From an uncultured Erysipelotrichaceae bacterium (GTDB lineage: Bacteria; Bacillota_I; Bacilli_A; RFN20; CAG-826), in the NCBI GenBank assembly GCA_902802355.1, contig CADCLU010000006.1, positions 31,759 through 95,758 on the forward strand: 64,000 bases of DNA, written 5' to 3'. The translations under genes were made by a program, and so were the position numbers. Positions 1 to 9,886 of this stretch are shown piece by piece. Positions within the stretch are counted from its first letter, which is position 1. Each line of letters opens with the position of its first letter. The notes below the pieces were generated by a model, which had not been told where the DNA came from, did no database searches, and was given only the letters and a program-made list of their open reading frames with translations.

Positions 1-601
1 CTTGAACATCATCAATGCGATGGGAATCAATTATGAGATCGACGAGAATCTTGTCCGCGGACTTGATTACTATAGCGAAGTCGTCTTCGAAATCCATCTC
101 ACCAGCCCAGAAAACAAAGACTACGGCGCAGTTTGCGGCGGTGGTCACTATGGCGGACTCATCAAAGGCCTTGGCGGACCAGATTTGGCCGGTGTTGGCT
201 TTGCTATGGGTCTTGAACGCGTCTATAGTCTCATGGAAGACAGCCATCTTCTCGACCACATCGAAGAAGGCGTCGACCTCTATGTTATGCCTGTAGGTGA
301 GAAAGTCCTCGATGAGGCCTTTGAAATCACCATGGCCTGCCGTTCCTTCGGGTACTCAACCGAAACCCCATTGGCCGCTCTTAAGTTCGGTGCCATGTTT
401 AAGAAAGCCGAACACTTAGGTGCGAAATACGCGCTCATCGTTGGCGAAGAGGAAATGGCCAAAGGCATCCTTAAGATCAAGAATCTCCAAAGCCAGGAGC
501 AGAAGGAGATTTCATTAGAAAACCTTCAGGAAGAACTCGACAAGCTCTTCCACGAAGGACACGAAGAACATCATCATCACTGTCATTGCCACGAAGAGTA
601 A
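1..601 (+). CDS. hisS: Histidyl-tRNA synthetase, C-terminal part (5' end outside window)
   Basis: The ORF is open at the window edge. It has the class II motif-3-like CGGGHYGGL and an anticodon-binding domain, and is followed by aspS as in Firmicutes. It ends in a His/Cys-rich tail, HEGHEEHHHHCHCHEE. Confidence 0.9.
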   Translation, partial: LNIINAMGINYEIDENLVRGLDYYSEVVFEIHLTSPENKDYGAVCGGGHYGGLIKGLGGPDLAGVGFAMGLERVYSLMEDSHLLDHIEEGVDLYVMPVGEKVLDEAFEITMACRSFGYSTETPLAALKFGAMFKKAEHLGAKYALIVGEEEMAKGILKIKNLQSQEQKEISLENLQEELDKLFHEGHEEHHHHCHCHEE

Positions 602-617
602 TTGGAAAGGAGAAAAA

Positions 618-2351
618 ATGGAAAGAACAGATTACAATGGCGAGCTACGTTTGTCTGACGTTGGCCGCGAAGTAAAGCTTGTTGGTTGGGTCTCAACTAG
701 AAGAAGACTCGGCGCCATCGAGTTTATTGACTTACGCGACAACACTGGCATCGTTCAGCTCATGATCAAAGAAGGGGTCGAAGTCCCTGACGTCAGAAAC
801 GAATATGTCATTTCTGTCACTGGAACCGTCTCCAAGAAAGAAGTTCCAAACCCAAAGCTTCCTACCGGTGATATCGAAGTCATCGTCAAAGAGCTTAAAG
901 TGGTCAACAAAGCCGAGAACCCACCTTTCATTATTGCCGATAAAACCGATGCTTTGGAGGAAACCCGCCTTCAGTATCGTTATCTCGATCTTCGCCGCCC
1001 AGAGATGCAGCGTCGTCTCCGCGTCAGAGCCAAGATCGTTCAGCTTACCCATGAGTATCTCGATAAGAACCGCTTCTTAGAAGTGGAAACCCCGATTCTC
1101 AATCTCGCAACCCCTGAGGGCGCACGCGACTACATCGTCCCATCCCGTCTTCACCATGGTTCTTTCTATGCTCTTCCACAGTCTCCTCAGCTCTTCAAAC
1201 AGTTGCTTATGATCGGTGGCATCGAGCGTTATTACCAAATCGCCAAATGCTTCCGTGATGAAGATTTACGTGCCGACCGTCAGCCTGAGTTCACTCAGAT
1301 CGACGTCGAGTGCTCCTTTATGGAACAGGATGACATTCTCACCCTTTGCGAAGGAATGCTTCAACGCTATTTCAAAGAAATAGTTAACTATGATGTTAAG
1401 CTTCCTCTCCGCCGTATCGATTATTGGGATGCCATGGACAACTATGGCAGCGATAAGCCAGATACACGTTATGAGTTAACCCTCAAGGATGTCTACGCCA
1501 TTATGAAGAAAACCAGCTTTGCTGGATTCGAAGATGCCAAATACATCCGTGCCATCGTCATTCCTAACCACGCCACCGAAACGAGCCGCAAGGTTCTTGA
1601 TGAGCTTCAGGTCGAAGCCAGGAAGTTCGGTCTTAACGGCGTTATGTCCCTTAAATACAACGGTGGTGCCTTAAGTGGTTCATTCGCCAAGTTCATGGAC
1701 GAAGCCGCCCAGAAAGAATTGATTGAGACATTATCCCTTAAGGAAGACGATCTCGTCTTATTCGCTGGTTCACCATATCGCCGTGACGTCGACTTTGGTC
1801 TTGGCGCTTTAAGAACTCGCTTTGCTAAAGAGATGGGTCTTATCAAACCTGGCACCTACGATCTTCTTTGGGTCATCAACTTCCCAATGTTCGATAAAAT
1901 CGAAGGAACCGAAGATCAGTACACGGCCGAGCATCACCCATTCACCCGTCCACGCGACGAGGATCTCAAATATCTCGACACCGATCCAGAGAAAGTTTTG
2001 GCCTACGCTTACGATATCTGCATCAACGGATACGAAGCTGGTGGTGGAACCTTAAGAATCTACGACCACGACACTCAGTGGAAGATCTTCAAACTTCTTG
2101 GTCTTAGCGACGAAGACGTCGCCAAGAAGTTTGGTTGGTTCATCGATGCTTTCAAGTATGGCGCGCCGCCGCACGGAGGATTCGCTCTTGGTCTCGACCG
2201 TTTGTCGATGATTCTCTCCGGCACCGATAACATCCGCGACGTTGAGGCGTTCCCAAAGAACCTTCAGGCTGTCGATCCGATGTCCAAAGCCCCGGCTGGT
2301 GTCAGCCAAGAGGCACTCGATACTGTTGGTATCGAATTAAAGAAGGAGTAA
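618..2351 (+). CDS. aspS: Aspartyl-tRNA synthetase
   Basis: 577-aa ORF with SD GGAAAGGAG upstream. It has an OB-fold N-terminus and class II motifs (FRDEDLRADRQPEFTQID, GGGTLRIYD, PPHGGFALGLDR). Confidence 0.95.
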   Translation: MERTDYNGELRLSDVGREVKLVGWVSTRRRLGAIEFIDLRDNTGIVQLMIKEGVEVPDVRNEYVISVTGTVSKKEVPNPKLPTGDIEVIVKELKVVNKAENPPFIIADKTDALEETRLQYRYLDLRRPEMQRRLRVRAKIVQLTHEYLDKNRFLEVETPILNLATPEGARDYIVPSRLHHGSFYALPQSPQLFKQLLMIGGIERYYQIAKCFRDEDLRADRQPEFTQIDVECSFMEQDDILTLCEGMLQRYFKEIVNYDVKLPLRRIDYWDAMDNYGSDKPDTRYELTLKDVYAIMKKTSFAGFEDAKYIRAIVIPNHATETSRKVLDELQVEARKFGLNGVMSLKYNGGALSGSFAKFMDEAAQKELIETLSLKEDDLVLFAGSPYRRDVDFGLGALRTRFAKEMGLIKPGTYDLLWVINFPMFDKIEGTEDQYTAEHHPFTRPRDEDLKYLDTDPEKVLAYAYDICINGYEAGGGTLRIYDHDTQWKIFKLLGLSDEDVAKKFGWFIDAFKYGAPPHGGFALGLDRLSMILSGTDNIRDVEAFPKNLQAVDPMSKAPAGVSQEALDTVGIELKKE

Positions 2352-2352
2352 A

Positions 2353-2372
2353 TAATATTCTTAAGAATATTA
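2353..2372. repeat. Perfect 20-bp palindrome TAATATTCTTAAGAATATTA between aspS and tkt; function unknown (weak AT hairpin or operator)
   Basis: Read directly from the sequence. It is centred on CTTAAG. Confidence 0.5.
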
Positions 2373-2415
2373 ATGAAACTATAAATTGACTAAAAATCTA
2401 CTAAGGAGAAAAACA

Positions 2416-4389
2416 ATGATTAGTCACTTCAATGAAAAGGATGCGCTCGCAGTCAGTGCTATCCGTGCTCTCGTAATCGACGAGATCAACAAGGCCAACA
2501 GCGGCCACCCAGGCATGGCGCTCGACATCGCTCCAGCCCTTTATGTTCTTTACAAGAACCATCTTGTTGCTGACCCAAAACATCCAGAATGGATTAACCG
2601 TGATCGCTTCGTTCTCTCAAGCGGCCACAATAGCGCCCTTCTCTACGCTATGCTCCATGTTGCTGGTTACGAAGTAAGCCTTGATGACATCAAACAGTTC
2701 CGTCAGCTCAACTCCAAGACCCCAGGCCACCCAGAATTTGGTTGGACCAAAGGCGTTGATGCCACTGGTGGACCTTTAGGTCAGGGTGTTGCCCAGGCTG
2801 TCGGTATGGCCATGGCCGAAGAGAAGATCCGTGGTTCTTATGCCGAAGGCGAGAAGATCATGAGTCACTATACTTACTGTCTCTGTGGCGACGGCTGCTT
2901 AGAAGAAGGTATCGCTCAGGAAGCCATCTCCCTTGCCGGTATGCAGAAGCTCGGCAAACTCATCCTTATCTATGATAAGAACACTTCGACCCTCGATGGC
3001 CCAACCTCCAACTCCATGACCGAAGACGAAATCATGCGTTTCAAAGCCATGCAGTGGAATGTCCTTGAAGTCAAAGATGGTAACGACCTCGATGAGATCG
3101 ATGCTGCCTTAGCCAAAGCCCGTGAGCTCTCCAACGCTCCAACCATGATCCTTATCAACACCGTCATTGGTTATGGTTCTCCAAAAGCCGGAAGCCACAC
3201 CACCCACGGTTCTCCTTTAGGAGAGGAACTCGGAAACGCCACCAAGAAAGCTCTTGGCTTCGACTTCCCTCCGTTCACCGTTCCAGAATCCACCTATGCT
3301 GAGCTCGATGAGAACTTCGGCAAGCGTGGTGCCAAAGCCTATGCCGAATATCAGGCTGCCTACGCTGCCTATGGTAAAGCTCATCCAGAGGACTTAAAGG
3401 TCTTCGAAGCCGCCTTCAAGCGTGACGTCAAAGCCTTCAAGTTCGCCGATCCATCCGTCGCCGAGAAACCAGAAGCCACCCGTAATTCCAGTGGCCGTAT
3501 GCTTGTTGAAGTCGCCGCCAACATCCCATTCACCTTTGGTGGAAGTGCTGACGTCGCCTCCAGCGTCAAGACCGCCATCCCAGGAGATCCAGGCTTCGAT
3601 GCTGAGCACCGCAGTGCCAAGAACATCAACTGGGGCATCCGTGAATTCGCCATGGCCGCTGCCCAGAACGGTATGTTGCTCCATGGTGGCTTAACCACCT
3701 ACGTTGGCTGCTTCTTAGTCTTCAGCGACTATATGAAGAACGCCATCCGTATGAGCGCTATCCAGCATTTACCGGCCATTTATCTCTTCTCCCACGACTC
3801 CATCGCCGTTGGCGAAGATGGTCCAACACACGAACCAATCGAACAGCTTGTTGCTCTTAGAAGCATCCCAGGCGTCGAGGTTCTCCGTCCTGCCGACACC
3901 AGAGAGTGCTTCGCTGCTTGGCGTTTAGCCCTTGAAACCAAGGATCACCCAGTTTGTCTCATCCTTTCCCGTCAGAACCTCCGCAACCTCGAGAAATCTT
4001 CTCTTGAGAACGTTGCCAATGGTGCCTATGTCGCCAAGAAGGAAGAGAAAGCCGATCTTGAGCTCATCGCTACCGGCAGTGAAGTCGGTCTTGCCCTTGA
4101 TGCTGCCGCCCTTCTCAAGGAGAAAGGAATCAAGGCCAGCGTCATCTCCATGCCAAGCTGCGAGCGTTTCGATAAGCTCCCACAGGCCAAGAAAGACGCC
4201 ATCATCACCTTGCCAAAAGCCAAGCGCGTTGCTATCGAGATGTTAAGCGGCCTCTCCTGGTATAAGTACGCCGACAATGTCATCTCTCAGGATGGCTTCG
4301 GTTACAGCGCCCCAGCAGAGCAGGTCATGGATGTCTGTGGCTTCACCGCTGAGAAAGTGGCTGCCAAGATTGCCAAACTTATTGCGTAA
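2416..4389 (+). CDS. tkt: Transketolase
   Basis: TPP-binding motifs are present (SGHPGMALD, GDGCLEEGI, EDGPTHEPIE). I moved the start to the ATG at 2416, which sits 8 nt after SD AAGGAG. The track's upstream extension has no SD. Confidence 0.93.
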   Translation: MISHFNEKDALAVSAIRALVIDEINKANSGHPGMALDIAPALYVLYKNHLVADPKHPEWINRDRFVLSSGHNSALLYAMLHVAGYEVSLDDIKQFRQLNSKTPGHPEFGWTKGVDATGGPLGQGVAQAVGMAMAEEKIRGSYAEGEKIMSHYTYCLCGDGCLEEGIAQEAISLAGMQKLGKLILIYDKNTSTLDGPTSNSMTEDEIMRFKAMQWNVLEVKDGNDLDEIDAALAKARELSNAPTMILINTVIGYGSPKAGSHTTHGSPLGEELGNATKKALGFDFPPFTVPESTYAELDENFGKRGAKAYAEYQAAYAAYGKAHPEDLKVFEAAFKRDVKAFKFADPSVAEKPEATRNSSGRMLVEVAANIPFTFGGSADVASSVKTAIPGDPGFDAEHRSAKNINWGIREFAMAAAQNGMLLHGGLTTYVGCFLVFSDYMKNAIRMSAIQHLPAIYLFSHDSIAVGEDGPTHEPIEQLVALRSIPGVEVLRPADTRECFAAWRLALETKDHPVCLILSRQNLRNLEKSSLENVANGAYVAKKEEKADLELIATGSEVGLALDAAALLKEKGIKASVISMPSCERFDKLPQAKKDAIITLPKAKRVAIEMLSGLSWYKYADNVISQDGFGYSAPAEQVMDVCGFTAEKVAAKIAKLIA

Positions 4390-4427
4390 TACTTCCTTTG
4401 CATCGACCTTTTCAGTAAAATAAGCCT

Positions 4428-4817
4428 ATGAGTGATTTCTACTATCTCAACAACTACCAGCATTCCGGCAAGATGGGCATCTCGAGAAAAGCTTTCGAGA
4501 ACATCGTCACCATCGCGAGCAACAACCTTCAGCACGTTAAGATCAATAACTACGGTGAGGCTCTTACTCGTCTTGGCAACATCATCTCGGCCGTTCGCCC
4601 GGTCAAAGCCTTCTTCAAGAAGGATGGCCGCGTGGATTTAATGTTGGACGTTGTGGTGGGCGATAAAGTCACCGCGATTGCCGACCTCTGCGCAAGCATT
4701 CAGGAAGAAGTCGCCAACAGCATCTCGATGATGTGCGAGACCGTTCCTGTCTCCGTTGAGATTCACGTCTCGAAGGAAAAGCCGGCCAAGGCTTCCAAAA
4801 AGGTCAAAAAGGCCTAG
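4428..4817 (+). CDS. Asp23/Gls24-family (alkaline shock protein-like) protein, YqhY-like
   Basis: 129-aa ORF with an Asp23-like N-terminus (ISRKAFENIVTIA). It sits immediately upstream of nusB, as yqhY does in B. subtilis. Confidence 0.7.
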   Translation: MSDFYYLNNYQHSGKMGISRKAFENIVTIASNNLQHVKINNYGEALTRLGNIISAVRPVKAFFKKDGRVDLMLDVVVGDKVTAIADLCASIQEEVANSISMMCETVPVSVEIHVSKEKPAKASKKVKKA

Positions 4818-4845
4818 TTAACCAAAAGGATTACATAAGTAATTA

Positions 4846-4878
4846 GGGCGCTCCCAAAAAGTGGTAGCGCCCTTTTTG
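4846..4878 (+). terminator. Rho-independent terminator
   Basis: Stem GGGCGCT / AGCGCCC with a 13-nt loop, followed by TTTTT. Confidence 0.75.
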
Positions 4879-4945
4879 TTCCCTCTTTCTCTTTCCGTTG
4901 GATGTGATAAACTTAGTAGCCTTAATTTCAGGAGGCTTGATCTTT

Positions 4946-5362
4946 ATGGAAAAAACACTATCTCGCAACAAAGCCCATGACATCGCACTTTTCGCGATTT
5001 ATGACGTTCTGACTTACTCTGCGGCGAAGCTTCCAGCTCCGATTGAGGATATCGTCAGCGGCTTAACTGAAAAATCTTTTGCGGATAGTGACTTTTTTGT
5101 TAAAGAGATGGTTTTGGCCATGGTCAAACACTATCAAGAGATCATCCCGATTTTTGAGAAGAACATGAGAAAGTGGACGTTCGATCGTCTTAACCTTCTC
5201 GAGCAAGCTTTGCTTTTGCTTGCATATTGCCAGTCTTATTACAGCGTCGAGAAAACAGATAAAGCCATCATCATCAACGTCTCTGTTGAGTTGGCTAAGA
5301 AATATCTGAGCGATAACGACTATAAATTCGTTAATGCGATTCTGGATAAGGTCTTGGCCTAA
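4946..5362 (+). CDS. nusB: Transcription antitermination factor NusB
   Basis: NusB-like sequence with an RxxAL-type helix pattern. I placed the start at the ATG at 4946, downstream of SD AGGAGG. It overlaps the xseA start (TAATG). Confidence 0.8.
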   Translation: MEKTLSRNKAHDIALFAIYDVLTYSAAKLPAPIEDIVSGLTEKSFADSDFFVKEMVLAMVKHYQEIIPIFEKNMRKWTFDRLNLLEQALLLLAYCQSYYSVEKTDKAIIINVSVELAKKYLSDNDYKFVNAILDKVLA

Positions 5363-6561
5363 TGGAACGAAATCAATATTTCAGCGTAACAGCGCTTAAC
5401 ACCCTCATAAAATCGAAGATCGATGGAGATGAGGAATTACATAACGTTTACGTTAAAGGGGAGATTAGTAACTGGAAAGGTTACAGCTCCGGTTATTTCT
5501 TCGACCTCATCGATGAGAAGAAAAGCGTCATATCATGCGTCGTTTGGAGAGACAACTACCTGTATCTCCCGTTTGAACCGAAGGACGGCGATGAGGTGAT
5601 AGCCCTAGGCTCGGTTAGCGTTTATGTCGGCAGAGGCCGCTATAACTTCGCAGTCAAAACACTCGAGAAATTCGGACAAGGCGCAGCATTGCTCGCTTTA
5701 GAAGCCTTGAAAAAGAAACTCCAGGCTGAAGGCTTGTTTGATGTTTCGCATAAACAAACTATCCCTGAATTCCCAAGAAGCATTGGTCTCATAGTAGGGG
5801 ACCAGAGTGCGGCAGAGGCCGATCTCATCAAAAACATCTCCAGACGTTGGCCATTATGCGATATTCTCGTTTTTCCATCGCTCGTCCAAGGCAAGGATGC
5901 CCCAAAAGAGCTCTTAAAGGCCCTCAGGAGAGCGGAAACGACCGAAATCGATATTTTAATCATCGCACGTGGCGGCGGCTCAAATGAGGACCTTAGCGCG
6001 TTTAATGACGAAACGCTTGCTAGAGAACTCTATACTTGTAAGATTCCGTGTATCTCAGCGGTCGGCCATGAAATTGACACAACATTAATCGATTATGTCT
6101 CGGATTTGAGAGTCAGTACGCCAACAGGCGCAGCGGAAGCCGCAACACCGGATCAGGCTGAGATTAGAGCGGCATTACTAGGTGCAGAGGATGCCTTAGA
6201 TACCGCCATCAAAAACATCTTTTCTAAGAAAAGGGATCTCCTTAATAATTTAAGTGCCAGGCCGTTCTTCAAGAATCCTTCATCAAATTACGAGAAAGCC
6301 AAGGAAGAAGTTCAACAACTATCCAAGCGTTTGAGTATTTCTCTTAGCCACATTCTTGAAAAGAATAAGAGCCAGGTTGAGTCCCTATCATCGAAGCTCA
6401 ACGCGCTTAATCCGCGTAATGTAATCAACAGAGGCTATTCGATGACGACCGATGAAAAGGGGAATGTCATCACATCAATAAACCAAATAGCAGAAGGCGA
6501 CACGCTAAAAAGCGTATTGAAAGATGGCGTGATAACGTCTAAAGTCACGTCTAAGGAGTAA
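5362..6561 (+). CDS. xseA: Exodeoxyribonuclease VII large subunit
   Basis: 399 aa with an OB-fold N-terminus and the catalytic region ARGGGSNEDL. It is followed by xseB. Confidence 0.92.
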   Translation: MERNQYFSVTALNTLIKSKIDGDEELHNVYVKGEISNWKGYSSGYFFDLIDEKKSVISCVVWRDNYLYLPFEPKDGDEVIALGSVSVYVGRGRYNFAVKTLEKFGQGAALLALEALKKKLQAEGLFDVSHKQTIPEFPRSIGLIVGDQSAAEADLIKNISRRWPLCDILVFPSLVQGKDAPKELLKALRRAETTEIDILIIARGGGSNEDLSAFNDETLARELYTCKIPCISAVGHEIDTTLIDYVSDLRVSTPTGAAEAATPDQAEIRAALLGAEDALDTAIKNIFSKKRDLLNNLSARPFFKNPSSNYEKAKEEVQQLSKRLSISLSHILEKNKSQVESLSSKLNALNPRNVINRGYSMTTDEKGNVITSINQIAEGDTLKSVLKDGVITSKVTSKE

Positions 6562-6563
6562 TC

Positions 6564-6761
6564 ATGGAAAAGAAAACCGAAAAGACTTTCGAAGAAAAAC
6601 TCACTCGTCTTAACGAGATCGTTGAGAAAGTGGAGAATACGACGCTTTCCCTAGAGGACGCCATGAAGCTTTATGAAGAGGGTAATGCCCTTATCAAAGA
6701 TCTTCAGAAGTCTTTGAATGAAGCAGAGACCAAAATCCAAGTTATCAAAGATAAACAATAA
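6564..6761 (+). CDS. xseB: Exodeoxyribonuclease VII small subunit
   Basis: 65-aa coiled-coil protein (FEEKLTRLNEIVEKVEN...LSLEDAMKLYEEG) directly after xseA. Confidence 0.9.
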   Translation: MEKKTEKTFEEKLTRLNEIVEKVENTTLSLEDAMKLYEEGNALIKDLQKSLNEAETKIQVIKDKQ

Positions 6762-6801
6762 CGAAATAGGATAATATTAGTAGTTTTTAAGTTATTTAAA
6801 C

Positions 6802-8661
6802 ATGTCCAAGAAGGTAGAGCACATCGACATAAAATCCATCAAGGATCCAAGCGTGGTTAAAACCCTTAACCGCGAATCTTTGAAGTTGCTCTGCGAGGAT
6901 ATCAGACAGGAAATCATACGTGCAACATCCGAATTTGGCGGACATCTTAGCTCTAATCTAGGCGTTGTCGAACTTACCGTTGCCTTGCATCGTAACTTCG
7001 ATTTCCCAAAAGATAAGCTCATTCTTGATGTCTCGCATCAATCATACACGCATAAGATTCTTACTGGTCGCAGTTTAGAAAACCTCAATTCCAAAGACGG
7101 TGTCTCAGGTTTCATGCGCATGGATGAATCTGAATACGATTGCTATGAGTCAGGTCATTCTTCGACCTCGCTTTCGGCCGCTGAAGGTTTTGCCATTGCG
7201 AGAGACATTAAGAAAGAGGACTTTTACATTGTTCCTGTAATCGGCGATGGTTCCTTGGTCAACGGTTTGTCATTTGAAGCCTTGAACCATATTGCAGGGC
7301 GCTTTGGAAAGATGATCATCGTCATCAACGACAATGACATGTCCATTTCTCGTCCTGTCGGCGGCTTAGGAAAATTCTTCCGCCGTATTTCAACCGCCAG
7401 AGGTTACAACTCTTTCAAAGAAAGATATAAGAACACTTTGGAGAAAAATGCCGTTGGACGCTGGTTCTATAGATTCAGCTATGCAATTAAGAACGGCATC
7501 AAACGTATCTTGGTTCCATTAACCTTATTCGATAATCTCGGATTCACGTACATGGGTCCTTACGATGGACATGACATTAAGATGCTCGATAAGGCCTTTA
7601 AACGTGCTAAAAACGCGACAAAGACTGTCATTATGCATGTTTACACAACCAAAGGAAAAGGATACGAGCCAGCCGAGAAGGATAAAACCGGTTATTGGCA
7701 TGGCGTAACTCCGTTTGATGTTGAAACCGGAGACCCAAAGATCCAGCATCCTGATTTCTGTTCATGGCCTCATTTAGTTGGTGACATCGTCAAAATGGAA
7801 ATGGAAAAGCACGATGATGCCTTATTAATTTGCCCAGGTATGGCAAAAGGAAGCCATCTTGAGGGATCCTTTGAATCATATCCAGATAGATGTGTTGATG
7901 TCGGCATCGCCGAAGAGCACGCTTTGACAATGGCCGGAGCCAGCAATTTAGCTGGAATGCATCCGATTGTATGCGTCTATTCGACATTCCTTCAGAGAGC
8001 TTATGACGAATTGCTCCATGACTGTGCGAGGATGAATGTCGATATGACATTGCTCATTGATCGTGCCGGTCTCGTCGGTAAAGACGGCGAAACCCACATG
8101 GGCATTTACGACGAAGCCTATCTCAAATCCATCCCAGGCACGAAGCTTTATATGCCTTCGACACCTCAAGAAATGCGCGGCGTTATCGATTATTCTATGG
8201 AAAAAGGACATGGTATCGTCGGCATCAGATATCCGCACACCCTTTTCAAATGTAAAGAAAATGACGGAAGCGGAATTCAGGTCAAGCCATGGGTTAATTT
8301 GCAAAATGTAAAGAAACGTAACGAAGTTGTGATTGCTGTCGGGCCTAAAGGAAGAGAGCTTTTATACGCTTTATCAGAGAACGGTTACGATGGACAATTG
8401 ACGATTGCAATCAGACTTTTACCTTTACCTGAAAAAGAAATCGACGAAATTGTAAAGATGGACAAGATCTATATTTATGATTCGTACGGAACGGAAAAAG
8501 GTTTCGCTGAATCCTTAAGCGCAGCCTTGATGAATAAAGGTTTCAAAGGAACGCTTAAAGTGTTTGCCGTTCCGAATACATACGTTCAACATGCTACGAT
8601 CTCCGAACAAGAAAAAGAATTCGGTTTGGATATCGAATCAGTGACTAAACAAATCCTATAA
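6802..8661 (+). CDS. dxs: 1-deoxy-D-xylulose-5-phosphate synthase
   Basis: 619 aa with DXS motifs (GGHLSSNLGVVELT, GDGSLVNGLSFEALN, IAEEHA). Confidence 0.93.
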   Translation: MSKKVEHIDIKSIKDPSVVKTLNRESLKLLCEDIRQEIIRATSEFGGHLSSNLGVVELTVALHRNFDFPKDKLILDVSHQSYTHKILTGRSLENLNSKDGVSGFMRMDESEYDCYESGHSSTSLSAAEGFAIARDIKKEDFYIVPVIGDGSLVNGLSFEALNHIAGRFGKMIIVINDNDMSISRPVGGLGKFFRRISTARGYNSFKERYKNTLEKNAVGRWFYRFSYAIKNGIKRILVPLTLFDNLGFTYMGPYDGHDIKMLDKAFKRAKNATKTVIMHVYTTKGKGYEPAEKDKTGYWHGVTPFDVETGDPKIQHPDFCSWPHLVGDIVKMEMEKHDDALLICPGMAKGSHLEGSFESYPDRCVDVGIAEEHALTMAGASNLAGMHPIVCVYSTFLQRAYDELLHDCARMNVDMTLLIDRAGLVGKDGETHMGIYDEAYLKSIPGTKLYMPSTPQEMRGVIDYSMEKGHGIVGIRYPHTLFKCKENDGSGIQVKPWVNLQNVKKRNEVVIAVGPKGRELLYALSENGYDGQLTIAIRLLPLPEKEIDEIVKMDKIYIYDSYGTEKGFAESLSAALMNKGFKGTLKVFAVPNTYVQHATISEQEKEFGLDIESVTKQIL

Positions 8662-8701
8662 TTTAGTTAACATAACGGACAACATAAAATAAAATATCTA
8701 C

Positions 8702-9886
8702 GTGGCTAAAATAATCATTCACGTTGATTTAAATGCGTTCTTTGCTACGGCTGAGCAGATTCGCCGTCCAGATTATGTTGGGAAACCCGTAATTGTTGGC
8801 GGCCTTGGTCCTCGTGGCGTTGTTTCAACGGCGTCTTATGAGGCTAGAGCTTACGGCGTTCATTCGGCTATGCCTATCGGTGAAGCCAGGATGCTTTGTC
8901 CGAACGGAATATTCCTTCCGGGGGATTATCGCTATTACGAAATGCTCTCTCGTTCTTTCTTCGGCTATTTGAAAAACTATTCATCTTTAGTCGAAGCAGC
9001 CTCGATCGATGAAGGGTTCGTTGATATGACGTCGATGTTAAGCAAAGAGAAGGATCCAATGGCGAAGTTGGTTCAATTGCAGCGTGGCCTTTTAGAACAG
9101 ATAGGTTTGAAATGCTCCATAGGGGTGGGACCAACCAAATTCCTTGCCAAGATGGCGTCCGACATGAAAAAGCCTATGGGAATTACCGTTATCAGAAGAA
9201 AAGACGTCAAAAAGATGCTATATCCTCTCCCGATCGATAGTTTTTTCGGCATCGGAAAGAAGACAGCTGCATATTTGAGGAGCAAAGGAATCAACACGAT
9301 CGGGGATTTTGCGAACGAAATCGCCACTAATGAACCTGAAATGCAGCGATACTTCGGCAAAAGATTCGATTATTACGTCGAAAGCATCAATGGTTATGGT
9401 GATGATGTCGTTAATCCAGATAGACCTGATCCTAAATCTCTCGGCCACAGTCAGACTTTTATGACTGACACGGATGATTTCAGCGAAATCAAAACAGTTA
9501 TTGAGAGTCTTTCCAAAGAAGTCAGCGAAGGCTTGGTAAAAGAAAAGAAGAAATGTAAAAGAATCGTCGTAAATGTAAAGGACTCAAATTTTAAGGTAAG
9601 TTCTAAATCTCTAAACCTTGATGAGCCGGTTTACGATGCAGATGACATTATCAGGCTGGCAAAAAAGCTCTTCGCTGATTATTACTCAGGAAAAGTTATT
9701 CGCCTTGTTGGCGTCACAGCAGGCAATCTCGTGCCTTTTAAAGAAAGGAATGCACAATTGTCTTTGTTTGATGAAGAGGAATATGAGGAAGATGAAACGC
9801 AGGTTCTCATCGATTCCTTGAACAGGAAAGCTAACAAGAAGGTAGTTATGGTTGCTAGTGAGGCATTGAAGAACAATGGAAATTAG
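8702..9886 (+). CDS. dinB: DNA polymerase IV (Y-family)
   Basis: GTG start. Y-family motifs are present: IIHVDLNAFFATAEQ, SIDEGFVDMT and the little-finger region. Confidence 0.9.
   Translation: MAKIIIHVDLNAFFATAEQIRRPDYVGKPVIVGGLGPRGVVSTASYEARAYGVHSAMPIGEARMLCPNGIFLPGDYRYYEMLSRSFFGYLKNYSSLVEAASIDEGFVDMTSMLSKEKDPMAKLVQLQRGLLEQIGLKCSIGVGPTKFLAKMASDMKKPMGITVIRRKDVKKMLYPLPIDSFFGIGKKTAAYLRSKGINTIGDFANEIATNEPEMQRYFGKRFDYYVESINGYGDDVVNPDRPDPKSLGHSQTFMTDTDDFSEIKTVIESLSKEVSEGLVKEKKKCKRIVVNVKDSNFKVSSKSLNLDEPVYDADDIIRLAKKLFADYYSGKVIRLVGVTAGNLVPFKERNAQLSLFDEEEYEEDETQVLIDSLNRKANKKVVMVASEALKNNGN

Noticed and set aside
2386-2415. N-terminal extensions in the ORF track for tkt (2386), nusB (4898), yqeH (14417), rpsU (35547), GT2 (35585) and hrcA (46086).
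   Set aside because: In each case a downstream ATG has a proper SD or gives the canonical family N-terminus. The extensions start at weak codons, lack an SD, or (for hrcA) lie inside an operator.
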